A DNA stretch of 59,670 bases, filler included, from Globobulimina sp. (GCA_003354225.1; 12 parts of 12 records of this genome joined end to end with filler, not necessarily neighbours in it); one strand, 5' to 3'; numbered from the whole stretch's first letter, positions 13,001-24,376 are shown. A program made the numbers and translations. Notes: generated from the letters alone by a model not told the origin.

Positions 13001-13661
13001 TATCAGTTACTTGTATTTTGCCTTCAAATACATTCTTTTGAGTTTGTACCTGTTTTATTTGCCATCTGTACGGTAAAATTGTTAATTTTTTCCACGGACC
13101 TTGCAATTATCGTGCTTTGTAATTGTTGTTTCTATTCTGGTTATTATAAGCCCCTCTGTTATAAGCCATGGGTGCTCTCCTCATTCCTCTTACGAATCTT
13201 CCTCGTGCTCTGTTACTATTATACGATTGATATCTATCTCTACCGACACTGCCTATCCCTCTCCCTCGTGATCGGTTATTGTAATTATTATAATGGTGAT
13301 ATCCTCTGAGGCCTCTGTTGCTTTTGAATCCCATATTTCCACGATAGTTATATTGACCTCTGACACCTTCATTGCTTTGATAGTTAGTGTATTGAGTTGG
13401 ATTTTTTGCGTAAGATCTACATTTTTCGACGGTAATAACTTTAATTACTAAATTGTGTCTTCCATGTTCATCAAACGCGTTTTGCAAATCATCGTTTTCT
13501 TCAATTTCGCAATCGTCGGTGTCTCTAAATTGTACAGTATGTGTTTCCGGCAATGTATCATATAATGCTGTTTTCATTTTTAACTCGCCCATAGTTGGTC
13601 GAGTTAATGTGACATGCACATCACCAGCATTTGCATATTTCAATAGCACAGAATAGCTCAT
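10089..13661 (-). CDS. ZAP/PARP12-like multidomain protein: PB1-like, RGG, WWE-like x3, cold-shock/OB x4, CCCH x3-4, PARP catalytic domain (split over 4 ORFs)
   Basis: PARP motifs WYGS, YGNGMYFARDA, ILLCKVIVG, PSIYVV; LPYRWQ and W-x7-W..E..Y WWE-like blocks; RFEGKxK...GY/GF...LNEGD cold-shock-like blocks. Clean intron 12040-12107. Breaks at 13107 (in-frame TAA) and about 11152 (frame change) are either introns or lesions. Confidence 0.8.
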
Positions 13662-13790
13662 TCTGACTATGCGATGACTAGCTCGCTCTGACTTTTTGAA
13701 TTAACGCAAGAGGGCAAACAATTTTCGACTTAGGTTGTTTCACTCTTCAAAACTTTCAACATAAAAAAACAAATCAATACAAAATATCAT

Positions 13791-14860
13791 TTACTGTGAA
13801 GAATTTCTAACCAAAGCATCAGACCGTATCCTTTCCAATGGTTCAGGTGTTGTACTCACAGTTTTATGTAACGAGCCTGCCATATTTGCAAAATTTGGGG
13901 ATAAATTATTATTATCATTACTATCCTTACTCTCATCAATACTCACTACCTTATCATCATTTGGACTGTTTACATCCATACATTGTTCGCCCAACAATTC
14001 CTCCCTCGTCGTCTTCCTTTTCAGCGCCGTAAATCCGCCCAAATCCTTTAACAAATCCTCTGCATTCATCACCTGTTCTTTCTTTTCTTTCTTCTCTTGT
14101 TTTTTGTCATACTCATTACTCGCGGCGTGTGCCAATGCAATTAATCCTTCAAATGAGGTATTTGAGGTCGACCGCTCCGGAAATCCCTTTGGTAACACAG
14201 GTAACTGCGATATCGACAACTCGCTATATTGCACATCTAATAGCGATGCATTGCCATTTGGTTTGCTTTTATTCTCATTTTGCAAGTGTGGGATATGGAA
14301 ATCTGACAAATTTATGCCTAATTTGTTCGCTTTGTTTGCGTTTTGCGTGCTATTTGTGGGTGTATTCCTGCCTGAATTACTGTTACTTTTCCGGTCCATA
14401 ATGGGCGGTATGAATATAATGGGAGCATTGGGATTTGCTATGTCCATTGCTGGTGATTTTGCACCTGAATTCATGGCGGTGTCCACCATACTTTGCGCCA
14501 AAATGTTCAATGCGTCCGGATCCAACGTTTGATTGCTTAATAATGGACGGTGCATCACTGGGAATCTGTAATTAAAAATGTGCAAACAATCAAAAAACAT
14601 TTTTTATATTTCAAACATACATTGGTGGGTTTGGTGGGAAATAATTATTATTCTGCAACACATTGATATTATGATTATGATGATGGTGCGTAGTAATTAT
14701 CTCATTTAGCCGCAGCTTATTAGTATGAAATGGTGGTGGCATATTTGCAATATTTGGCGGTATATTGGCCTGATACATGTTGGGTCTCCCTTGTTGTAGC
14801 AATCTATGCCGCATTGGTTGGGGCGGTGGCGGTCGATGGTGATTTTTAGCAGACATTACC
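13791..14860 (-). CDS. Low-complexity (Pro/Asn/His-rich) hypothetical protein, two or more exons, probably 5'-truncated
   Basis: ORFs 14611-14856 and 13791-14600 can be joined by a short GT-AG intron near 14566-14620. Confidence 0.55.
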
Positions 14861-15063
14861 NNNNNNNNNNNNNNNNNNNNNNNNNNNNNNNNNNNNNNNN
14901 NNNNTTAATTAATTAANNNNNNNNNNNNNNNNNNNNNNNNNNNNNNNNNNNNNNNNNNNNATCATTATTTTGTAAATTATTCCCCAAACACTCTCAAAAA
15001 CCAATCAGTTCATTTTTCAAATATGTAACAATTATATGTGTCTTTTTCTGTTGTGTCAGCACT

Positions 15064-15885
15064 ATGGTCGATATCATCCACACTGCAATTGCCCGCATTG
15101 CACATGTAAATGACACAAATACTCAACAACTTGGAATAATAATAACTATTGCTGATATTTCATATTTCACATCGTCAGTTTTTTTATATATCTTAATCAT
15201 CGGCAAATTATATTTCACATTTCAATCAACCACATATCAAGTATCCCGACGATATATTGCATTCCTAACAATATTAATAATTGCATCTATCGGTTGTATG
15301 ACACAATATGTTGTCGCAATAAATAGCAACGATACCATTGATTTTTTGTCAAAAACAGTCAAGTTTCTATATGCGATGATCATTAATGGTTTTATCATTG
15401 ACATCAGTGTTTTAGCATTATTTGTTTATAAATTACAACAATTATTAATTGATACGGTTGACATTAATGTATGGCAACAAAGTCAAGAGAATATTGTTGA
15501 GATTATAGAGATTGTGAAAGAGACTACGAATGAATATAATTTTCAAAATAACCAGAAACGTTTAGTTGCATTAATTACACGACAAACAATATTAGGGAGC
15601 ATTCAAATTTTCTTCAATGGCATGTTTTATTTTAAAGTATTGTCTGATCGCTATACTTTGGGACCGGCATTTTCCGGAGATTTAGCATTTGAAACTTCAT
15701 ATTGTTTGAGAGCAGTGGAGAATTTGGTGATTATTGCTATGTTATATTTGAATTTGAATGTGAATCAGAGATTGTATTATCAGATATGCGGATGCTGTCA
15801 TAATGGATGTTATTTGTGCTGTATGAAATGCACAAAAAGAAAAATAACGGAAAAAACATTGAATGTATATTTTGAGCTTGTGTAA
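15064..15885 (+). CDS. GPCR-like multi-pass membrane protein (possibly lacking 5' exon)
   Basis: About 5 hydrophobic helices, 'GKLYFTFQSTTY' loop and a Cys-rich juxtamembrane tail (ICGCCHNGCYLCC). Confidence 0.55.
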   Translation: MVDIIHTAIARIAHVNDTNTQQLGIIITIADISYFTSSVFLYILIIGKLYFTFQSTTYQVSRRYIAFLTILIIASIGCMTQYVVAINSNDTIDFLSKTVKFLYAMIINGFIIDISVLALFVYKLQQLLIDTVDINVWQQSQENIVEIIEIVKETTNEYNFQNNQKRLVALITRQTILGSIQIFFNGMFYFKVLSDRYTLGPAFSGDLAFETSYCLRAVENLVIIAMLYLNLNVNQRLYYQICGCCHNGCYLCCMKCTKRKITEKTLNVYFELV

Positions 15886-16085
15886 TCCTCAACAAATTGT
15901 ACTTGAATTATATGTGTGATACAATTATTTTCCCGCTGTTTTGATTTACTTTGAGCTTCAATTATATAATAATCCAATGCGTTGTTTTGATTTTTTTCCT
16001 TCTGACAAGGTCCTGTTATGATTTATGCAAAGAAAATTTGATTCAAAACTCATCGTTTAAGTTTTGAAGAGCAAACAATTGTACC

Positions 16086-16904
16086 ATGGGTTCCTCTGTT
16101 ACCAAGGCAAACACAACAAAAACAGAACCTGAAATGATCCATATTCCAAAGATTATGGTTAAAGTTCAAATGCGGTATATTCTATTGCATTGGATAAGAA
16201 AACATAAAATATCAAGTTTTCCACATGAAATTATAAAATCAATAATTGATAACTGTATATTTATCACTGTTTTTGACATCGAACACGAATATAGATTACA
16301 ACATAGAAATGGAGCTACATCGGCATTTTTATCAAAGCATGATGGAAACTCAACAGTTAAAACCTATGATTACATATTCAAACTTATATTGTGTGGTGAT
16401 ATTGCAGTTGGAAAAACATCATTGTTAACAAGATATTGTGATAACGTGTTTGAGGATGCATATACTCGGCAGATTGGTACTGATTTTCAGTTGAAAACAC
16501 TCAAAATAGATAATAAAATTATTAAATTACAAATATGGGATCAAGGTTCTGGACAGGAAAGATTTAGAACCATCACAACTGCATATTATCGAGGAGCACA
16601 GGGTGCAATTCTTGTTTTTGATACAACCAAGAAAGAAAGTTTTGAAAATGCACAGAAATGGAATAATCAAATTGAACAATATGGCAAACATGATATTCGC
16701 AAAATATTAATCGGAACTAAATCGGATTTAAATAACGTTGTGTCATTGAGTGAAGCAGAGACTTTGTGTAAAGAATTAAAGATTGAAAATTGCACTCAAA
16801 CATCAGCCAAAACCGGCGAAAATGTGGATGGTGCATTTTATGAATTGGCCAATGGATTATATACATATCATATTAAAAGAGCATTCATGCCATGGTGCGA
16901 TTGA
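16086..16904 (+). CDS. Atypical Rab1/Rab8-like GTPase with about 90-aa N-terminal extension
   Basis: YDYIFKLILCGDIAVGKT, GQERFRTITTAYYRGAQG, TKSD, TSAK. Confidence 0.9.
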   Translation: MGSSVTKANTTKTEPEMIHIPKIMVKVQMRYILLHWIRKHKISSFPHEIIKSIIDNCIFITVFDIEHEYRLQHRNGATSAFLSKHDGNSTVKTYDYIFKLILCGDIAVGKTSLLTRYCDNVFEDAYTRQIGTDFQLKTLKIDNKIIKLQIWDQGSGQERFRTITTAYYRGAQGAILVFDTTKKESFENAQKWNNQIEQYGKHDIRKILIGTKSDLNNVVSLSEAETLCKELKIENCTQTSAKTGENVDGAFYELANGLYTYHIKRAFMPWCD

Positions 16905-16953
16905 TTTAAATTTTAAATTTGTCAAAAATGTTAGAGTTCTGACTCGCGCAAAA

Positions 16954-17872
16954 TTAATTTACAGCCTCTAAAATAGCATTCTTTACTTGCAAAACAAGAT
17001 CATCGATGTTCTTATTCTCTCTGTCATTCATCCGTTCAAACAATTTCATATTTATTTGAATTTTATGCTCAATGTCAGGTATTGTGCTATCCATTGAATG
17101 CAGAGGCAATACATCCGCAATGTTAAACAGATACAAATTATCCACAAATTCATAAGACTCTGCGAGAAAAATTTGAATTCCTAAATCACCATAAAATACA
17201 CTGGTGAAAGATTGGTCCGTTTGCATGACTAGGTCTTCCAATGCATGTTGTAATGCGTTTTTTGTCTTTGAGTAATATCGTGGAGAATATGTGGGAGTGA
17301 ATAAGGGAGAATGTTTGACAAATCTTGATCTTGATTTTGGTGAATATAACAATGAGATGGACAATTCAGGCGAAGAAGGCCAATAATATCCTTTTACAGT
17401 ATGTGATAATGCATCGCGTAAATGTTTCGGCAAATACACTCCATTTTGAAATATAGGACTGGTGAGAACAGATTGTTTATGCAGTAACAGTTGAAAATAT
17501 TTGAGCAACTTATTGGCTCTATTCATGTAATTTTCTGGTTTTGTAAAGTCTTTCCACCAATTTTTAGCTGGAAATGTTGGCGGATTGTCACCAAATGAAT
17601 GCTGAATATTGTTATCTTTCAATAATGCGCTATGGAATTGAGAGAAGGATGAATAGCGAGCTGTGAATGAATGTGTTTCATTCATTATTTTTAAGGTGAA
17701 TGAATATACCTTTTTTGGAAGAATTATTAAAAAACTCTGATGTTACTGCTGTATATTTGAATATAGAGAGATATTTATGACACACTGTGTATTTCTTGTT
17801 TGATTGTTGTAATACGATACACGGTCCCAAGGATATGTTGATTGGCATTTTTTCTGCTTTTGGAACAAACAT
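16954..17872 (-). CDS. PX-domain protein (multi-exon; start approximate)
   Basis: RYSSFSQFHSAL...PPTFPAK...RANKLLKYFQLLL matches the PX consensus. Confidence 0.7.
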
Positions 17873-18280
17873 CTTGTGTTGAATGCAGATATGAGATATT
17901 TGGTAACTGTTAGTAAAATGTACACATACCAAAATTGTGCGTTTGACTTCGTTGGGTACAATATGTATATTGAAAAAGAATTCGTTTTCGAATGTAAGAT
18001 GAATATAAACATCAACCAGCAGTTCGTCGACTGACATGATTGAATAATTACTAGCTTAGTAGTTCAAAACAGCTTAATAAATCTTTCTGCTCATATAATA
18101 TTGCAGAAAATGTCCAACAAGAAAGTTGTTAAACCCATACAGTGGCTCCGGTAACAACACACACCGAGAACCTTGTGTGCAAGGATACGATATTATTGAG
18201 TGCAAGGATAGGAACTTATGAACTTATCGGATACTCTCAAATTAAAGTGTTGTCATGAACATTGTTTGCATTTTGCATGT

Positions 18281-18776
18281 TTACCAGTCATCATCATCAT
18301 CATCGTCCTCCTCCTCGATATCTGGTGGGAATTTATCCAAAACATCAGGCGTGAACAACCTTCCTTTGTTAGTCCGTGCCCAGTACCAATCCGCTATTCG
18401 ATCCATTGAAACCTCCCAAAAATAGGCACCTAAAATAACAAATGTTGCATAAGAAGCTGAGGATCGAAATATGTAATTATCCAAAAAACGACAAATATTT
18501 GGTATTATCATTGGCGATCTACGTTCGAGATCTCCAGCAAAATCAAAAAACTGATATTTATTATTCAATGGATGTTTTTTCCAATCTTGATAATGTTTAA
18601 ACTGTTTATATTCATCAACATATATTTGTTGTATTTTTGCGAATGTGCGGAATGTATATATTCTTCATTTTAACTCTCTTTTGTGTCCTTAATAGTGACA
18701 ATCGTGGCCTACACATTGATCGATACATTCCTATCGATTTTGCTTGAGACACTACGCGCGAGAATGGCCTATTCAT
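18281..18776 (-). CDS. QCR9: Cytochrome bc1 complex subunit 9 (QCR9/UQCR10) with N-terminal extension; predicted intron 18602-18674
   Basis: IFRSSASYATFVILGAYFWE..D...DWYW..TNKGRLF matches QCR9; upstream Arg/Ser-rich exon joins in frame. Confidence 0.75.
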
Positions 18777-18828
18777 TGCGGCTGTTTTTGGCGTACAAAT
18801 CTGAATAATCAAGAAACTGATAATAACC

Positions 18829-19302
18829 ATGTCAACCATATTGTTGCTTGTACTTATAATTATGTGTAATATTATTCGTTCCCAAGTCGCAATGGAAATT
18901 CCCATAGGAAGAGGGACATCATGTGTCGGAGAATCAGGCTCATTACGCGCATGGGGACTAACTAATAAACAAATCACTTACAACTTATATAGGCTCTATG
19001 ACAAGAGGTTACGACTTATTTTATACAGTCTGTACATGCACGTATATTTAAATCAAAAATTTATATATAAACTTAGCGGTGTATTACTTCCCGAGAGTGG
19101 AATGTATGCAAATAAATTGCTTCGAATGAGTATCTGTGGCCATATGACACCGGAAGAAACCTCGTGTGGCCAAACTAACGAAAGATGGTGCTTTGAGGAA
19201 ACCAATTTGGATGAAACATGTATCGCAGGCATTGCGCATTGGGAAGAAGACACCCAAACTGGATCAATGATTGAATATACAGCCATGTGTTATGTATATT
19301 AA
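18829..19302 (+). CDS. Small secreted Cys-containing protein (probably has an in-frame intron)
   Basis: Signal-peptide-like N-terminus; Cys/Trp-rich C-terminal half. Confidence 0.45.
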   Translation: MSTILLLVLIIMCNIIRSQVAMEIPIGRGTSCVGESGSLRAWGLTNKQITYNLYRLYDKRLRLILYSLYMHVYLNQKFIYKLSGVLLPESGMYANKLLRMSICGHMTPEETSCGQTNERWCFEETNLDETCIAGIAHWEEDTQTGSMIEYTAMCYVY

Positions 19303-19564
19303 TAAGCTGAAATCCACATAATTTAATTTTATGACACAGTTTAAAATCATAACATGTACAGTTCTGTGTTAAATTATTTTTTCTCAGCACAGAAAAAAAT
19401 AATGTATATCTATTATGATTTATATTGTCTCATTGAATTATCACCAAATTATTTGTATTACAGCTTATGTAAATTTATATTGCGATTTTGCGTATAAACA
19501 AATACATTAAACAGTTGACAGCACGCAAATATCGACAGAAAGTAGGATCGGAGTTCGAATAGCT

Positions 19565-19845
19565 GTGTTAGATTATGGTCAATATAATATTTCGTGTTTA
19601 AATAAGCATTCGATTGTGAATTATTTTATACATTGTGCGCCAGATACCAATTGGACGCATATGAGTTTCACACAAAACAAGACTCTCTGTGATTGGAATA
19701 TTACGTTGCGATCACAATATGGCTGTTTTGATATTGTTGATTGGATTGCCCCTGATTCTGGTTCATCACTTACAAGTTTATCGGTTGGCTCTGTGTTATT
19801 GATAATATGTGTTGTAGTATTATTGACGTATTGTATTTTAGGATG
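19565..19845 (+). CDS. Mannose-6-phosphate receptor/ATG27-like membrane protein fragment
   Basis: CDWNITLRSQYGC followed by LSVGSVLLII...TYCILG TM segment; cut by contig end. Confidence 0.55.
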
Positions 19846-20030
19846 NNNNNNNNNNNNNNNNNNNNNNNNNNNNNNNNNNNNNNNNNNNNTTAATTAATTA
19901 ANNNNNNNNNNNNNNNNNNNNNNNNNNNNNNNNNNNNNNNNNNNNAAAGACATGCATTTTATGCTACAAAAAGAAGTGGTTGAACGCATGGCTGCTCAGC
20001 CGAGCCAATCAGCCTATGGCAGGTTGGGTA

Positions 20031-21950
20031 TCATGACTCAATATTATTGTCGCGTTCAGCCGCTATAATGGATAATGGATCGTTATTATTCAACAACAGC
20101 TGATCCGAGGAACTATGCCTTCCATCGAAAAATAACACAAAATGGCAGCCTTTCATAGATAATAAAGAGTTTAGTTTATCGCGTAACTGTTCAGACGACA
20201 CTTCCAATGACGGATCGATCCAAAAAGCGGTGGGTAAATGGCCAGATTCGTACTGTTCCAATGGCCGACAATCTAAGATAAAAAACTTTTGATTCTTGTT
20301 CTGTTCTGCATATTTGGTCGATTGTTTTAGTAATTTGCGCACTTTGCGGCCATACTTCTTACTCGCATCGAGGCCCACATTCTCCGCATTGTTGGCATAG
20401 CCATTGCCATTGCCATTGCTCTGGATGGGGTTGGCAAAGGGATCGATGTTGTTATTCAAATTATAGATCAATTGCTCCGCATAACAGTGTCCAATCAATT
20501 CCTTTGGCTGTATGGATAAACACGGCAGTTTCTCTAATTTTATATAGTCGATGGAATCTACGATGATCTGTTTCTGCGAACATTTCTGTAACATTTCATG
20601 AAAGGATGACGGTGTATTAATGCTCGTTTTATACGCTTCTTTTAAGAGTCTGCGCGCATAGTCCCGGTCTTCGATGATCAGATTCACCAAAAATTGCGGT
20701 AATTCCTCCTGCGATTTCTTGAGTATATCGTGCTTATTATGGCGCAATATCTCGACGTCAATGAAGTAATGAAAACAGGTGTCGTATGACAGCAAGATCT
20801 GGTCCCACAAATGTAGCAAGGTCATCTTATCGCATTTGTTGGCGTGAATAGTCATAAACCAGCCCGAGGCGAATAGCTCTGGCATAATCTCGTGATGGTC
20901 CAAGAAGGTCGACAGCAAAGGGTCGTGATATTGCATTAACAGTCGAAACATGCGGAATATGCATTGCAACGATCCAAATTCTTCATCATTGAACGTAGAG
21001 TTCAAATAAGTCTCTATAAACGACTCAAAACATAAATAAATATCCAATCGGTCCTTCATTTCAATCATAAAGAAAGGCGCCAACACATAGTTCATGCCCT
21101 GTTTGTAGGACACTTTGTTTCTGTGGCAATATTCGGTTAATATGATTTCCATCTCGTGCCTGATGGCGCTGTCTTGGAAGCATTTCATAGTCGGCCGAGT
21201 GCGCTCGATGTCGGCTTGGATGACCCGTTGGTTGTATAATGGCGGGGGGTCATCCCGCCGTGGCTCGAAGGTGCTGGTGTCGACCTGCGGGGTGTTGGCG
21301 TTGTCGCTGCTGTGGTCGCTGTGCATATGCTCCCGATGGATCTTCTTGGTTTTGAACTTATTGTGTGGCGAATAATAGTCTTTGTTTTGTCGTTGGAAGA
21401 GTTTTGCTTTTTTTTTGGGAACATTGAGTAAGATCTTCCAAATGGTGGCACGCAGATTTATGGGAATGCCGACGTGTTTGCAGGCTTCGCGCACAGTCTT
21501 CGCGGAGGGAGAGTGCGACGATAATTGTTCAGTCAGAATGTCCAACCATTCTTGCTGTGATTTTACTTTTTTGCGAGATTTGCCAGACCTGTTTAATACT
21601 TTTATTTTACGAGATTTATTGTTGCTGTTCATGGCGTTGTTGGTGGCTGCTTTGTTTTTGGGTTTGTTTTTGTCTTTTTTTGGTTTGTTTTTTCTATTTT
21701 TTTTAATTGCATCGTGTTCTTTGACTAATTTTATTAATTTTTGAAAGGAGGGGTGTTTTAAATTAAATTGTATGCCATCTGCTTCCTCTTTAACTGCTGC
21801 TTCCATTAAAATGTCATAATATTCCGGAATTTCCCATCTCTCTGCTACTTTTTCTTGAATTTGTTTAAAGGTAAATTTTTTTAATTGGAGGTGGGAGGTT
21901 CGTGATGATGTGGAGGTTCTTGATCGCGACGAGGACATCGTAGTTAGCAT
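20031..21950 (-). CDS. TBC1D23: TBC (RabGAP) plus rhodanese-like domain protein, TBC1D23-like
   Basis: [33 protein letters not shown], then [21 protein letters not shown]. Confidence 0.78.
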   Translation of the reverse strand: MLTTMSSSRSRTSTSSRTSHLQLKKFTFKQIQEKVAERWEIPEYYDILMEAAVKEEADGIQFNLKHPSFQKLIKLVKEHDAIKKNRKNKPKKDKNKPKNKAATNNAMNSNNKSRKIKVLNRSGKSRKKVKSQQEWLDILTEQLSSHSPSAKTVREACKHVGIPINLRATIWKILLNVPKKKAKLFQRQNKDYYSPHNKFKTKKIHREHMHSDHSSDNANTPQVDTSTFEPRRDDPPPLYNQRVIQADIERTRPTMKCFQDSAIRHEMEIILTEYCHRNKVSYKQGMNYVLAPFFMIEMKDRLDIYLCFESFIETYLNSTFNDEEFGSLQCIFRMFRLLMQYHDPLLSTFLDHHEIMPELFASGWFMTIHANKCDKMTLLHLWDQILLSYDTCFHYFIDVEILRHNKHDILKKSQEELPQFLVNLIIEDRDYARRLLKEAYKTSINTPSSFHEMLQKCSQKQIIVDSIDYIKLEKLPCLSIQPKELIGHCYAEQLIYNLNNNIDPFANPIQSNGNGNGYANNAENVGLDASKKYGRKVRKLLKQSTKYAEQNKNQKFFILDCRPLEQYESGHLPTAFWIDPSLEVSSEQLRDKLNSLLSMKGCHFVLFFDGRHSSSDQLLLNNNDPLSIIAAERDNNIES

Positions 21951-22081
21951 TTCATTTGGTTCAATTACTCATTTCGAGAAACAAAAAGCAGCAATGATCC
22001 AACACTCGTCACTCGTGTATGTATTAAAAAACTTTCTAATAAAATTGCATCATACTCTCGTTTGAGTAACTTTGAGTTAAT

Positions 22082-22372
22082 ATGGATTGTACATTTGTGT
22101 ACTATTTAACATGCTTTGTATTGTTGCAAATCACATTGATCCAAGGAAACGACGACCACATGGAAATCACGGATGACAACTTTAATAACAATGGAATTAA
22201 AATCTCAGGACATTCATTACAACTCATCAGCATTGCATTTGCCTTATTTGGTATATTGTTTATTGCAAATATAATAATGTGTGTTTACAATTGTTGGGCT
22301 TGTTCATTATACAAACGACGCAAAAAAGTGTCACACTTTGATGAAGATGCAAGTAAAAGAAACACATTTTGA
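22082..22372 (+). CDS. Small single-pass membrane protein
   Basis: Signal peptide, one TM helix, basic stop-transfer segment KRRKK. Confidence 0.55.
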   Translation: MDCTFVYYLTCFVLLQITLIQGNDDHMEITDDNFNNNGIKISGHSLQLISIAFALFGILFIANIIMCVYNCWACSLYKRRKKVSHFDEDASKRNTF

Positions 22373-22504
22373 CTTTTTTAAAATTTCTATCTTTTAATTC
22401 TTTGTTTTTCTTTTATTTTTAAATTTTATGGTATGAACGTACGGTCAATGACAATTTACATAGTTACAAATTAAATATAAACAGCTTTTAAGTTAGTTGT
22501 TAAT

Positions 22505-24376
22505 TTATAGGCTTGCAAACATATTGTAAAAAAACATGATGGCGTTGAGCACAGATAAAAGCGCCATCAAACTCGTCAAACATTTCATTGTCAGCGAGGT
22601 GTCCGTTTTGACTGCGCACATTGCAGGGAATATAAAACAAACAATGGGCAATGTGGTGGAGGATATAATGCTATTCACCTGACCTATATTTTGGGCAAAT
22701 ATCGCCACTCCAAACACAGATCCTAGAAACAATATTGTTACCAATGCGTGATAAAATGTGGGTAATTCCATCTCATTCAATTCACCCTTTTTCCCCCGCA
22801 ATTCTTTATTTTTTTCCACAATCTTCTTGGCTTCGGGTGATATGGGCACATATGCTAAATGTGGATTGGATATCGCATCTTCAATAATATCCCTATCATC
22901 CACCTCGCGATGCCCTTCGCCATTCGACGAAGACGGCGATGGCAGCTCATCATCAATGACCCGTTGAATCTTTCTCTTTTCTTTCCTTTTCTTTTTCTCG
23001 CGCAAACGCGAATAAATTAACTCATTCAACGATTTCCTGAATGCGTGGGCAAAGAGCGGGATTATACTCATTACATACAATGCCAGCAAAATCTGCACAA
23101 TCAGCATTGCCGTATCATTCTCGTACAATGTAATCAGATTCTGGTCATTTTTCGGGTCTGTCAAGTTAGGAAAAGACCAATATCCAACATAGGCCACCAC
23201 CAAATAGATTGTGCAGGTGATGCCAAATCCGGATACAATGCATTTGGTCATATTGCGAGGCGAACGTTTTTGCATTTCAAAATATATCGGCAACACTGTA
23301 AATTGTGCGGCAAAACCACCAAAAAATAAGGCAATGGTATAGGTATGACCCAATATATCAGAATTAAACCAATAATTACGGTCAGAGAGAGACTTTTGTG
23401 TACATTTGCGGTGAAATGCGGGATCATTGCAATCTGTTATATGGTGCTGACACGAGTTGATATAGGTGACCACCACCAATATGGCAGAGAATATAACCAC
23501 ACATAGTCCAAATAAAGACGCATAACGCAAGGCAGACACTTTTCGTTGTAAGGCCAAATAGGTTGGAATTATAGAGGCGAACAATAATAACAATATATCA
23601 TTATTGTACCATTTATCATTGGCAAATAGGTTTTTCATGGCCGAGGATAATAAGTTTTTGGTTAAGGTCATATATGAAATGCAAGCCATCCATAATAATA
23701 AGACGAGCGCGATTTGTATAAATATTGCTAATTGGTTTGAATATAATTTTTTGGCTAATTGTCGAAATGAAGGACAGTTGTTTTTTTCTGCACAATATAC
23801 AATGGCATGGGTGGTGTAGCCCGCTAAGGAGGCGATCAATAATAGGTAAAATAGGCCGGGCAGCATACCACATTTATATATGCCATAACTAAATGTAAAG
23901 GTTCCCCCGCCGACCATGCCTGTGATAACAGTGAAAGTAGAGGCACGCAATGAGCCGGGAGGCAATCGCATGGATCTGGACAAGAGGGAGGAGGCAGAAC
24001 GTATTAATACGGGAATGGGTGAGGATGAACGTGTGTATTCATTGCGTGGTGGTGTTGTTGCTGCGGTGGCTGTTGATAGGTTTGTCGGTGATTGTGATTG
24101 TGATTGTGATTGTAATTGGTGTTGTCGTGGGTGGTTGTTTATGTTGTATGACTCTATTGAATGATATTGTACATCTTGCGGATGGTTGATACTTAGGTCA
24201 GAATGACTTAATGAATCTGAATTGAGGTAGTAATGTTGCAATGATGCATCTTGTGCCTCAGTATCACTGTCGGAAGTATTAATACCTTGTCCTTGTCCTT
24301 CTGCTTCTGCTTGTCCTGTAGATATTAATTGTTGGTATTTCGAGGAAGACGCCATTCTTCGTTCACAAGTAGGCAC
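22505..24376 (-). CDS. Amino acid transporter, AAAP/SLC38-AVT family
   Basis: About 11 TM helices; GMVGGG, LRYASLFGL, AQFTVLPIYFEM, VGYWSF, CFIFPA. Confidence 0.9.
   Translation of the reverse strand: MPTCERRMASSSKYQQLISTGQAEAEGQGQGINTSDSDTEAQDASLQHYYLNSDSLSHSDLSINHPQDVQYHSIESYNINNHPRQHQLQSQSQSQSPTNLSTATAATTPPRNEYTRSSSPIPVLIRSASSLLSRSMRLPPGSLRASTFTVITGMVGGGTFTFSYGIYKCGMLPGLFYLLLIASLAGYTTHAIVYCAEKNNCPSFRQLAKKLYSNQLAIFIQIALVLLLWMACISYMTLTKNLLSSAMKNLFANDKWYNNDILLLLFASIIPTYLALQRKVSALRYASLFGLCVVIFSAILVVVTYINSCQHHITDCNDPAFHRKCTQKSLSDRNYWFNSDILGHTYTIALFFGGFAAQFTVLPIYFEMQKRSPRNMTKCIVSGFGITCTIYLVVAYVGYWSFPNLTDPKNDQNLITLYENDTAMLIVQILLALYVMSIIPLFAHAFRKSLNELIYSRLREKKKRKEKRKIQRVIDDELPSPSSSNGEGHREVDDRDIIEDAISNPHLAYVPISPEAKKIVEKNKELRGKKGELNEMELPTFYHALVTILFLGSVFGVAIFAQNIGQVNSIISSTTLPIVCFIFPAMCAVKTDTSLTMKCLTSLMALLSVLNAIMFFYNMFASL

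Noticed and set aside
13107-13109. TAA reassigned to a sense codon (alternative genetic code)
   Set aside because: Only one such case; long genes such as CWC22, the transporter and the 1628-codon ORF have no in-frame TAA/TAG, and TAA ends many genes normally.
6538-13661. NMNAT next to the PARP-like gene as an NAD+ gene cluster
   Set aside because: They are on different contigs separated by a linker.
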